Assembly (NCBI GenBank): GCA_046314355.1
Contig: JBKBWQ010000001.1
Coordinates: forward strand, 1,280,001 to 1,344,000
Length of the DNA stretch: 64,000 nucleotides
Origin: Candidatus Altimarinota bacterium
GTDB lineage: Bacteria; Patescibacteriota; Gracilibacteria; 1-14-2-50-48-13
Direction: 5' to 3'
Shown here: piece after piece, positions 27,940 to 38,600 of the stretch
Numbering within the stretch: position 1 is the stretch's first letter
Layout: every line of letters begins with the position of its first letter
Position numbers and translations under genes: made by a program
Notes under the pieces: generated by a model
The model's database searches: none
Seen by the model: the letters and a program-made list of their open reading frames with translations, nothing else
Told to the model about the DNA's origin: nothing

Positions 27940-30087
27940 TTAGTACTGTATCCGGCGGAAAAGAGCCGCTGTGATCTTTGCTCCTTCTGCTCTTGAGATA
28001 CTTCTGTCAGGGAATGCTTCCTCCGCCACGTCTATGAGATTGAGTGCTTGAGCATCTCTGATGAATGGGTATTGCCATGAATCCTTTTGGACATCCTTAT
28101 ACTCGGTGCTTGTTCCATAAGGTAAAAGCGCGGTACTCAATGGGTTTGAGTTTTCCGCTGCGTACATCATAATCTTCATGAATTCTGCTCTTGTCACAGG
28201 TTCTCCTGGAGCAAAGGTAGATGCAGTCTTACCTGAGATGATTTTGAGATCTTGAGCTAGTGCTACATATTTTGCATACCATTCGTTCGTTGATACATCA
28301 GTAAATGACAGCGTACTTGCCTCAGGATGCAGAGCTTTGTACTGTGCAAGTGTCTTATCTGCAGTAGTTTCTGAATAAAATGTCCGGATAGCGAGTGCTA
28401 CTGCTTCTGATCTCGTCAGAGTACCCGCCGGCTCAAACTGTGTAGGTGTCCTGCCTGTGAGAAATCCTCTTACATAGAGAAGCTCTACATTGTAGTAATA
28501 CCAATAGTCGTCATTATTTATGTCTGTGAAAGGCATGGTTGGTTCTTCTACAGGTATGGATCCAGGAATTTTTTCCAGATAGAGTGTGTTGCTGAGAGCT
28601 GATACATGTTTCTGTTCATCAATGTAATAGACTCCAAGTGTACCGCTTTCCATACTTACAATATTCATATCATATTTTGCCGTACCTCCTGCTGTATTTG
28701 TAGTGGTGAATTTTTTCATACAATCCACCTGGTGGTCATAGCACTGTCCTCCGAAGGAACCCCTCTCAAAACGTTTCTCCATTTCTGCCTGATCAAGCTG
28801 CTCTCCAGTATAAAACCTCACACGGTAAGAAAGATTTGGAAGCGGCTCAGTCCATTGCAGGGAATAGACGTTTCTTGTCTGACCGGAGAGCTTGAGATCA
28901 GTCACCGCAGGATGCTCTGATGCATGTGAATCTATCGTAATATTACTTCGGTACAGTTCATTGTCTTTTGTGATGTAGAGCATGGCATAGGATGTAAAAC
29001 GAATGTCATTGCCGTATATGAGTGGCATATCGCTTCCTCTTGTATTCCAGACATCGCTGTCAAAGAAACTGTAGGTATTTACCTCCATATTCTCCATGCA
29101 GCCTTTTCCAAAGCATCCCACTACCTTTGATGTAGCAATATCCTTATGTGGAGTCTGAAAGGTAACTGTATCCTGTACTCTATTAAATATAAGATCGCTG
29201 TGTCCTTCTTGTACTTCACTTACTTTAAGCTGAGAATCATAATTGCTGCTTACAAAAAGCGGCTCAGAAAGAGGACTTATGGTCCCATCCATGTTAAAAT
29301 AAATGCCTGCCCAGCCTTTTTCGTTGAGTTCGGGAATCTTTGCTGATATTTCACTGCCTTCATACCAGATATTCTTTAGGCATGTATTTGCGGCTTTCTC
29401 AGCAAGTATACATGTAGATATGCTCGGATCTTTTTTCTCTACGAGAGATACAAATTCATCTGCAGAGAGAGTAGTATCATTTGAATAAACTATATAAAAC
29501 GTCTTATCATGTCCGTCAGCCTGCCAGATTAGTTTTCCTTTGCTGTAGGCTATATTTGCAATATTCTCATGTGCTTCACCTGGAAACGGTACGGAAGGAT
29601 CTTTGAAAGGACTGAACTCTTCAGTGCTGATATAAATAACATTGCTGATATTTGATACCTCACCTTCAATAGTAGTATACCGTACAGCATAAGTACCCTT
29701 TGAAAGAGTATCCGTGCGGACAAATATATTCGTTGATTCTGCTACATTTTTTTTGTATACATTTTTTATACAGATGTCGCTTTTTTCTTTAGAAAAACTG
29801 CAGGAAACATAAGGAAGTTTTGCTGAGAGATGGTTACGGAAATCCGACACACTGAGCTTTTCATCTGGGTAGAATAAGATCTCGTAGCTGGTGATTGGAG
29901 TGTCATAGCCTGGAAAGTAGATATTGCTTGGCCAGCTGAATCCAGTAGGAGTAAAGGTAAAATTCTGAATACTTGGGAGCGGATACGTCTCGCTCTGTAC
30001 TGCGGAGAGGGAGAAAAAAGCCGTACTAAGTGCAATAATAGAGAGTGCTAGTATGTAGAATAGCTTTCTAACGATAGTGTTCGCCAT
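27940..30087 (-). CDS. Secreted surface protein with repeated FN3-like domains and three C-terminal SLH domains
   Basis: Signal peptide; three Cys-containing modules ending (V/I)S(N/P/A)(I/L)S(N/E); PFTD..TRSEAV, FTDV..WY..TRAEFMK, YKDV..SRAEGAK. Confidence 0.85.
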   Translation of the reverse strand: MANTIVRKLFYILALSIIALSTAFFSLSAVQSETYPLPSIQNFTFTPTGFSWPSNIYFPGYDTPITSYEILFYPDEKLSVSDFRNHLSAKLPYVSCSFSKEKSDICIKNVYKKNVAESTNIFVRTDTLSKGTYAVRYTTIEGEVSNISNVIYISTEEFSPFKDPSVPFPGEAHENIANIAYSKGKLIWQADGHDKTFYIVYSNDTTLSADEFVSLVEKKDPSISTCILAEKAANTCLKNIWYEGSEISAKIPELNEKGWAGIYFNMDGTISPLSEPLFVSSNYDSQLKVSEVQEGHSDLIFNRVQDTVTFQTPHKDIATSKVVGCFGKGCMENMEVNTYSFFDSDVWNTRGSDMPLIYGNDIRFTSYAMLYITKDNELYRSNITIDSHASEHPAVTDLKLSGQTRNVYSLQWTEPLPNLSYRVRFYTGEQLDQAEMEKRFERGSFGGQCYDHQVDCMKKFTTTNTAGGTAKYDMNIVSMESGTLGVYYIDEQKHVSALSNTLYLEKIPGSIPVEEPTMPFTDINNDDYWYYYNVELLYVRGFLTGRTPTQFEPAGTLTRSEAVALAIRTFYSETTADKTLAQYKALHPEASTLSFTDVSTNEWYAKYVALAQDLKIISGKTASTFAPGEPVTRAEFMKIMMYAAENSNPLSTALLPYGTSTEYKDVQKDSWQYPFIRDAQALNLIDVAEEAFPDRSISRAEGAKITAALFRRIQY

Positions 30088-30151
30088 TGTGGTGAAGAAA
30101 GGGGATAGACTATCTACCTTATAGCCCTTTTACAGGAAATCACAATAAAAC

Positions 30152-31210
30152 TTACTGCAGAAAGAAGAGATAAATAAACATCAGCATGAGCAGTATGATA
30201 CCAATCATGAGTAATTGATTTGTTCTCTTCGCCTTTTTCAGCTCCTGGGTGGTCTGCATATACTCTTGCTCCCGCTTGAGTTTCTCTAAGGCTGCAGTCT
30301 CTAAATCCAGCTTTCTCTGTTTCTCAAACTGCTCCTCCATCTGCTTGATCATCAGTGCCTTGCTCTGGCTCATCTCAGTAACAGCATCTTCTACGGTCTG
30401 TTTGAAAAAATGTCCCAATGCGGTAGGTGTGGTCATAGGAAGGTCTGATACCTTATCCACCCAGTGAGTATCATCAGCATGACCAATAGCGGAGATCACC
30501 ATAGGGCTCATCTGTGAGACCATGGATACGAGATCTGTATGATTGAAAATCTCAAGCCCTGATCCTCCTCCCCGCACAAGAGCAATAATATGGTAGTCGT
30601 CATTATCCACAGCTTCGAGCTGATCGAGCATATCTTCCACAGAGCTCATGTTCATTCTGAATTCATGGAATTCATAAAATTCTCCTGCGGCGTCGATGGC
30701 TTCTTTGAAGTCCTGATCCACGATGGAATTATGACCGTACAGCAGCGCTACTCTCACAGGTTCATTTTTGTACACATTCTTTTTGATAAAGCCAGCGATA
30801 TCTCTATGACCGAGAGTGAGCTTCTGCTGAATGATTTTTACAATCTGCTGTTCTTCGTCAGACATAGTTTTTTCTTGTTCTCCGAGAAGTTTTGTGACCA
30901 CAAATCGCAGACAGATATTTCCATCTTTTGTGGCAGTACGCTCCACAAAGCCAAGAAACTGATAGATACCCTCATCATTGAGCAGGGGGCGAAGTACGGA
31001 CGGCATCTTCAGTGTCATCTGGTATTCACTAAGGCTTTCTTTGATCCGGTCATAATAATATCCTCCGTAATCCCGCCCGTTATAGCGTTCATACACACCC
31101 TCAAGGACGATGAGACGCTGCTCTTCCTTTACTTTGATGACATTATTATAAATCCCGATCAGAGAGGCGGGCGTATAGTATTCTGTAGATATTTCTGTAT
31201 CTTTTTCCAT
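30152..31210 (-). CDS. Exonuclease VII large-subunit-like protein with C-terminal TM helix
   Basis: IALVRGGGSG, VISAIGHADD, TTPTALG; coiled coil followed by LLMIGIILLMLMFIYLFFLQ. Confidence 0.8.
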   Translation of the reverse strand: MEKDTEISTEYYTPASLIGIYNNVIKVKEEQRLIVLEGVYERYNGRDYGGYYYDRIKESLSEYQMTLKMPSVLRPLLNDEGIYQFLGFVERTATKDGNICLRFVVTKLLGEQEKTMSDEEQQIVKIIQQKLTLGHRDIAGFIKKNVYKNEPVRVALLYGHNSIVDQDFKEAIDAAGEFYEFHEFRMNMSSVEDMLDQLEAVDNDDYHIIALVRGGGSGLEIFNHTDLVSMVSQMSPMVISAIGHADDTHWVDKVSDLPMTTPTALGHFFKQTVEDAVTEMSQSKALMIKQMEEQFEKQRKLDLETAALEKLKREQEYMQTTQELKKAKRTNQLLMIGIILLMLMFIYLFFLQ

Positions 31211-31418
31211 AAAATGAGGACTCATAAAATCATATCTTATTATGGAGAGATTCCGTACCAGTAGCAATATATTTATCTTTTGGTAGGCGGACTTTGTTGA
31301 AAAAAATCAGCTTTATGCTAGATTTATATGAGAAATCTATATAAAACTGTAGTGAGAGGGGAATATTGACTTATTATAAAAAAAGTATATTAAGTATAAA
31401 ATATTATGAGCAGAAATT

Positions 31419-31892
31419 ATGAAAGACAATGTATGGATGCCGAAAAAACAGGTGGATGTGATTATTCAGCAAGAGCGGATGTCCAAGGATAATCTTGCTA
31501 TGCTTACACTTGAGATTGGGATATACAAGGAGCTCCTGCTCAGCACAAGCTCTATGCATGTTGATATCTATGATGAAAATGTCCTGAATGCAGATAAAGC
31601 ATTTAGTATTTTTTTCGGCAGACAGCATGTCAAACACCCTTCTGATCTGCGAAGAAACCGTGCATTCTTTGTACATGTCTGGAAGAGAGTAGAGCAGGAT
31701 CTCCAGCATCAGCCGAAAAGTGAACAATTCCAAGCTTTCTTAGATGAGATCAAAAAAGCCGAAATCCCATCTACCGGTGAGACTGAGCTAGAGGAAAAGG
31801 TAGCCGAAGCTTTTAAACTGATTATCCAGATCAGGCTTTGGAGAGATCCTGAGCTGGAAGCAATGATTGACAAGGGCTCGGAGTGTGAATGA
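31419..31892 (+). CDS. Hypothetical protein
   Basis: 157-aa ORF with AT-rich promoter-like upstream region. Confidence 0.55.
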   Translation: MKDNVWMPKKQVDVIIQQERMSKDNLAMLTLEIGIYKELLLSTSSMHVDIYDENVLNADKAFSIFFGRQHVKHPSDLRRNRAFFVHVWKRVEQDLQHQPKSEQFQAFLDEIKKAEIPSTGETELEEKVAEAFKLIIQIRLWRDPELEAMIDKGSECE

Positions 31893-31989
31893 TCGTGTAC
31901 ATACTTAGTAGTTAGGGAAATTTTCCTTATATGAAAAAAGTGCAATAGGCTCAGAGCGTACCAAAAGACATCTCTGCTTAATGCCTGGG

Positions 31990-32140
31990 TGTCCCTCTAC
32001 GCCAAAAAGAACTAGAAACTTATAGTTCAGGTGTAGGCTACGAGGGACATTCTTCGCTGTATATAATAAAAAACTTCATTCATGAAGTTTCATTTCTTTC
32101 TGGCTGTGCCATTCGTAGCTTCGTGAGAAGCGAAGAATGG
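31990..32140. repeat. Nested imperfect palindromes (REP-like) in the tRNA 3' trailer
   Basis: tgtccctc...gagggaca (31990-32049); cattcttcgct (32048-32058) / agcgaagaatg (32129-32139); aacttcat/atgaagtt hairpin between them. Confidence 0.65.
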
Positions 32141-32215
32141 TGGATCCAAAGGGACTCGAACCCTTGACCTCCTCGGTGCAAACGAGGCGCTCTAGCCAAA
32201 CTGAGCTATGGACCC
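32138..32215 (-). tRNA. tRNA-Ala(TGC)
   Basis: GGGTCCA acceptor stem with G3:U70, anticodon arm CCTCG-TTTGCAC-CGAGG, TTCGAGT T-loop, encoded CCA. Confidence 0.98.
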
Positions 32216-32221
32216 TAATTG

Positions 32222-32482
32222 TTACTGTGCTTCTATGCCTCGTGATGGTAGTACTGGTCGTGAGAAGACACTTTTTAGAAAGGCTTCAGCAGTACCAGTC
32301 ATGTAGATGAAGGAAGTGATGATGACCAAGATGCCTACTATCCGGATACCCATATAGGTACCTCCTGTGCCGAAAAGTTTTTCAGCCCAGCCCCATGTGC
32401 CGACCATAGGCCGTACCTGCATGTGATAGCGAATCATCAGGAAACCAATTCCCATTCCCAAGAGACCGATAAATATTCTCAT
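32222..32482 (-). CDS. Small 2-TM membrane protein
   Basis: MRIFIGLLGMGIGFLMI...G..GWAEKLFGTGGTY..IRIVGILVII; probably co-transcribed with the tRNA. Confidence 0.75.
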   Translation of the reverse strand: MRIFIGLLGMGIGFLMIRYHMQVRPMVGTWGWAEKLFGTGGTYMGIRIVGILVIITSFIYMTGTAEAFLKSVFSRPVLPSRGIEAQ

Positions 32483-32564
32483 AAAGGAATTCTTACCATT
32501 GAAGATCAAAAAAGCTAGCTCACTATAATAGAGAGTTTTTTGTAATGCAAGATATTTTTACTTT

Positions 32565-32608
32565 AAAAAGAGTCCCTAGCCGCTTTTAGACGGCTGGGAC
32601 TCTTTTTT
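32565..32608 (-). terminator. Intrinsic terminator of the giant gene
   Basis: aaaaagagtccc-tagccg...cggctgggactctttttt. Confidence 0.85.
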
Positions 32609-32625
32609 ATGTACTACCTTTGATG

Positions 32626-35600
32626 TTAGAGAGAGCGGCTGAGAGCTGCTTCTTTCTTTCTTTTGTCTCTTCTCCACCAGATATATCCAGTAAGAGAAGT
32701 GGCAATAGCGAGAAGTCCAAGATTGAACCAAAGGTTATCAAATGGATTATCTCCTGCTGATGCTTTCAGTGCTGTTGTCTCTACTCGTTTGAAAGGGAAT
32801 GTAGTAGTTGTAGACTTCAGATGAAGCTTCGTATTCTCTGCAGTAAGGTAGACTGTATGATCTCCGAACTCAAGTTCCCGAGGCGCCTTTGTGGCAAAGT
32901 TTGCCTGAGGAGTATCTGCAATCAATGATGATGAGAAGATGAGTGATCTAAATGTAAGTTCTACGATAGAGTCATAGAGCGCTTCTCCTCGTACTACTGG
33001 CTGTGCACTAGTAGTAGTTACAAGAGCTGATTTACTAGTTTGCTCATTTGGTAGAATCTTATGGTCATCAAGATGGGTTACGCTTGGTACCGGAAGTTCA
33101 ATAGTCTGGTCGACGATGACTGAGATACCGCTTGTCTCCTGGATAAGGTTTCCTGCAGAGTCTTTTACTGCTGCATAGATTGTATAAGATCCGTTATCAA
33201 GATCAGGAGTCATAAGAAGGAATTTACCTTGATCATCCGTAGTGACACTTCCGAGGAAGAAGAGTTCCTTCGATCCTGTAGGCTGCATATAGACAGCGAC
33301 CACTGTATTTGGATGAGCTGTGACACCCTTCACAAGGATATTTGCTGAAGTGGAGATATCACCGCTGTTAAGGTTTGTAAACTTCATAACCTTTGGTGCT
33401 TTACCATCATTTGGTACAAGCGGATCAGTACCGAGGTCAAGGACCTCTTCACCATCTGAGATTCCGTCTCCATCTGTATCCTTGATAAGCGGGTTCGTAC
33501 CGTAGAAGTACTCAAGTGCATCTGATGTACCGTCTCCATCTGTATCTCGTGTTCCGAGAGTGACGGCTGCGGATTTCTTAAAGAGTCCGTTTTCATCAAG
33601 ATCATTTGGGAAGTACTTTCGTACCCATGCATCGTCGATACCGTCTCCATCAAAGTCTGCAGGATAATTCTGTTTATCAAGCGGATCTGTGTTAGATGAG
33701 AGGACCTCCTGTCCATCAGAGAAGCCGTCCTTGTCAGTATCTATTGTAAGTGGATTTGTCTTATACTTCTTTACCTCAAGACCATCGGAGAGTCCATCAG
33801 CATCACTATCCTGGTTCTTTGGATCTGTATGGAATTTGATCACTTCATCGTAATCTGAGAGACCGTCTCCGTCAGTGTCTGCATCGCTTGGATTTGTACC
33901 AATTCTTGACTCTTCACCATCGGTGAGTCCGTCTTTGTCGGCATCCTTATTTGGGCTAGCGATTCCGATCTGATTAAAGTACATCTTTTCCCATGCATCA
34001 GAGAGACCATTACCGTCTGTATCTGTAGCGGATTCTGGAAGAAGGGAAGTAAGTGTAATTGTCTCAGGGACTACAAGAGGCTTGTCTGCCTTTTCTTCCA
34101 CTGTAGTATAAGTGATCTCTCCAATACGGAGTTCTTCTATATCAGGGTAAGTAAAGGTATCGATCTTATCATCATCAGCCTCAGAGAGTACTGGTTCGAT
34201 AGTCAGTGTACATTCAGATGCGCTCGCCTTGAGAGGCTTCTTGATTCTACATGCATCTCCGATTCCATTTCCGAGACTATCTCTCTGATCAGGATTTGGT
34301 ACTGTAGGACAGTTGTCTATCTCATCAGGGATACAATCCTGGTCAAGGTCGATACTGTACCGGGCATCAAATGGGAAGGAATCTTCTCTATTGATAATAC
34401 CGTCGTTATCGATATCAGAGTCACTTGCATCAGGGAGACCGTCTTTATCTCGATCTCTATCCTCTGCTGGGATTGTGAGGTTATAGCCAGGTACTGGACA
34501 ATAACTTCCTCCTCTTTCTGTAACCACATCCACATCCTTATCATTTTCAGCCTGAGTCTCAGATTCAGGAACGTCTACTATAGGCTCCACTGCGTTGATA
34601 TTTGTATTCTTTGTTGGTGGTGTACATGCATCACCTCCACTTGTGGTAGTGGTAATAGTATCGTATCCAACAAGGATATGCAGCGGCGGCATAGGGAACC
34701 GTCCGCAGAATTGGAATGTAGGTGAGACTACCACACAGATATCTCGATCTGGCTGTGGGAAATCAATGTAACGAGGGACGAGAACGGTATCTGTAGTTCC
34801 AGCTATCGGATCTCCTGGGATACACTGTTCTCCAGGACCTCCAAGTGTTCCGCTTCCTCCTCCTAGTATACCACCAGCTCCACTTCCAGCTCCACCTGAT
34901 CCTCCGCCGTAGCCGGATCCTCCGCCGTAAAGCCTTCCGCCTCCGCCAATTCCTACACAATAGTATTCACCATTGGACATATAACAACTTCCTCCATCAT
35001 AGATATCTCCGCCGCTTTGCTTGATAGTCTCAAGAGCTGAACCGTAGATACACTGTTTGAATTGATCTGAGTCCTGACCATACTGGGTAAGAAGATCTCC
35101 ACAGCTTCCGCCGTCAACGTCAGCAACGCCCTTCTTTGTAAGCTCTTCGATACCTTCGATGTTTCCTGGATCTCCTACTGTACACTGATCATCTCCAGGA
35201 GTTCTAATATCCATTTCGATAGTACTTTCCTTACATGGTGATCCATCCTCTGCGACACCTACGATCTTGATATGGAAAGTAGAATCCTTGTCGAGATCAT
35301 ACAAGAAGATTCTATCAGGGTATGATCCAAGGATAATACCTTCTGAAGTCTGACCACCCTTACTAAGATACATGATCTGGTTTGCGAGTGTCTTTGTGTC
35401 ACTGCCTTTCCAGTTGACTGGAACTGCATATCGCACATCTTCACTACATGAATTGCCAACTGATACATTTTCCAAGTTATTCACCTTTATATACTTTGTA
35501 GGTGTAGCAGCTCTCATATCCCGAGCTGGTAGTCCACATGTCGTACCACCAGTTGATGCTGGCTTCTGAGGCATTGGTACACAGCTAGTCTGTGATGATC

Positions 35601-38600
35601 CAGATGATTTGATACAGACATCATCATCCTCTTCTTTCGGTTCTTCCGGCTCCTCTTGATCGATCGTAAGTGTCGTGAACGTTCCATAAGCGATACTCTC
35701 AGGACATGCGATACCTGAGCTGTTTGTAGTAACTACTTTCACCGTATATTTTGTCCCAGCATTAAGATCTGAGAGGAGAATACCTGATGTATCTTTACCT
35801 AGAGATACTGCAGTACTTTCATGATTTCCTGAAGTAACTGTGACAAGCTGACCATTTGCGTTTACAGATCCACTTGGGGTCCAGCTTACAAAAAGACTAT
35901 TTGTAGTTGGTGTTGCCTTCATTCCTGTTACTGCCGCTGGACAAGTAAGTGCTGCCACTGCTGCAGCATTGTCCTTAGGAGCAGGATCAGAATGACAGAA
36001 TGTGAGCCCTCCGATGATAGAACATACTGGTGCGTGACTGAGGGTGCTGCCTACTGCTGGTGTACCTATCACTGAGCTTGGGATACCAGGTGTTGTAGGA
36101 GGTAATGGCGTAGTTGAACTATTTGTATTTGTTGGAAGCGGTGTGTAGCCTCCGTTTGAATTACCTGGGTTGGCATTAAGATTTGCAAGTGTACCAGTAT
36201 TAGAATTCACTAGCCCAGCAGGATTATTGCTGTTTGGCATAGTCATATTACTCTGTGGAGGAATATTTGCATTCTGGTAGTTTGCATCATTTGTGATGTT
36301 ATGATTATTCACATTCGCTGCAGGTATAGTATTCTGGTTTGCTGCATTATGGAGTTCGTTCTCATTTTCGTTACCTGGAGCAGAAGGTGTTCCAGAACTT
36401 CCTCCGCCTCCTCCGAGTACTGGCGGCTGCGGCATCGTCGTAAATGAGAATGATGTATCAAGAGTATTTGGTGTAGCTGCGAGATCCTGAACGTTTACTT
36501 CTACTACTATAGTTGTAGCGTATGGATAGTCGAAGCTTGGTGTAAATCCAACAGTTACTCCGTTTGCAATATTAGTTGATGCACAATCGAATGTTGGCTG
36601 ACACATACCATTTACGATGGCAGGTGTACCATTAACTATCACATTAAGCGTAGTCGCATCAAGTCCAGTCTCTGCATCAGTAAGCGGAATACTTACAGAT
36701 GATCTGAGAGGTGCCGCACTTGAATTGTGAACAGGAGTAGTTGCTCCCATGACTGGAGGGTAGATATCCGGTGCTCTAAAGTGTGCTGCTGGATCGCTGA
36801 ATGGTCCTTCAGATCCATTATCATCCCAGAACTTAATTCTCCAGAAATATTCAATATCGTAGGCAAGTGTCGTAGGTGTAATAGTAATATCTTCAGTTCT
36901 AGATCCGTTTGTCACCACGTCTGCAATAAGTATCGCGAGTCTAGGTGCGACCGGCATCCATGATGTAGAAGCAACAAGTGTCGGAACTTCTCTAGGCATA
37001 AGCATAGCGAGTGTGCTTCCTGCGCTTCCATTATCGTAGACAAGGTCTACAAACTGGTCGTCCGTTGCAATCTGCAATCTATATTTAGATGCCGTATCTG
37101 TTCCGTCTGGATCTGAGAATACTGCTGAGAAGACTACATCAGGGTTTGCAAGATCTGTAGGATCTACTTCTCCAGTTTGTGCTCCGTCTGCAGCTGTATT
37201 TACATAGAGATCCACAGGGGCAGTCGGAGTACTATTGAGAGAGATATGGAAACTTGCATTTGAGTATTCGCTTGGTCCTGCAGTGGTAAAGAATCTGATT
37301 CTCCAGAAATAAGTGGTGTTATCAAGGAGAGTTACAGGAATCGCTATATCTTCACTTCTTGAACCTGCGGCAAGAGATGATGTAAGTGGTGTTCCTGTAG
37401 ATCCGCTATCGTAGTCTATAGTAGAGAAGTCATTTACGGTACTAAGCTGTACTTGATAATCTGTAGCTTCATATGATCCTGGGTCAGTATGTACTGCACT
37501 TACCACCACATCAGTTTCATTAAGAGAGAATGGATTTACAAGACCTGCTTGAGATCCTTCTGTCTGGGTATTTGCATACAATGTTGCAGGAGCTCCTGGT
37601 GCAGTCTGAGTAGTAAATGTGATATCTCCATTGAAGATGTTAGGGCTTGTTGCTGTATCCCGGATAGATACATGAAGTGAATAGGTAGTATTCAATGCAA
37701 GGGCAGTATCAGGCTGGATCTCCGCATGAAGACGTTTTGAATCAGACTGAGTAATATTACATGTGAATCCTGTCTGACACATTCCGTTGATAATCACAGG
37801 AGTGCTATCAAGTGATACCTGGAATGAAGAGAGAGAAAGGTTTGTGAGGACATCTGCAAGATCAAAGACAAGTGGTGTTGCAGGGATAACTCCTACATCT
37901 CCATCTTCTGGTGTACTAGTACCTTCAAAGGCTGGCGCGTCATGGTCTGGTATAAAGAATGACTGGGCAGCAGTGTATGGTCCTTCTGTGCCATCAGGAA
38001 GTTCATCATCCCAGAGTTTCATTCTCCAATAGTACGTAGTCTCATGATCAGGCTGATAGATTCCAGGAAGGATATCTCCAGTTCTCTGACCAGCAGTGAC
38101 TTGACTTGGAAGAGAAGCTTTTCCACTATCATATGTAGTAGTTGAGAAATCTGATACAGTAGCTATCTGAAGCTGGTAGTATGCTGCTTTGTCTCCTGTA
38201 TTTACATCATTGTATATTGCAGAGAAAGCAAGACTTGAACTTGAAAGATCTGTAGGGTTTGTATAATTGGACTGTGCTCCTGTAACACTATCATTTACGT
38301 AAGGTGTAGTCGGTGCTGTTGGCGCCTGATTGAGTCCTATAGTAAACGGATGTACTGGGGAGTATGTGCTCCAGAATCCTGTGGAATCCTTAAACTGTAT
38401 TCTCCAATAGTATGTAGTGGCATCAGTAAGAGTCATTCCAATGCTGATATCTTCTGAACGTCCATCATCGAGTACTGGACTTCCAAGTGTAGTTCCTGCG
38501 GCCCCACTGTCATAGATCATTGTAGAAAGACCTGAGTCTGTACCTACCTGGATTCTATAAGCAACTGCCTGATCTGCTTCCACATCATGTGAGATAGCAG

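Noticed and set aside
30152-32215. Integrative island at tRNA-Ala
   Set aside because: No integrase and no duplicated tRNA 3' end (att site) noticed in the window
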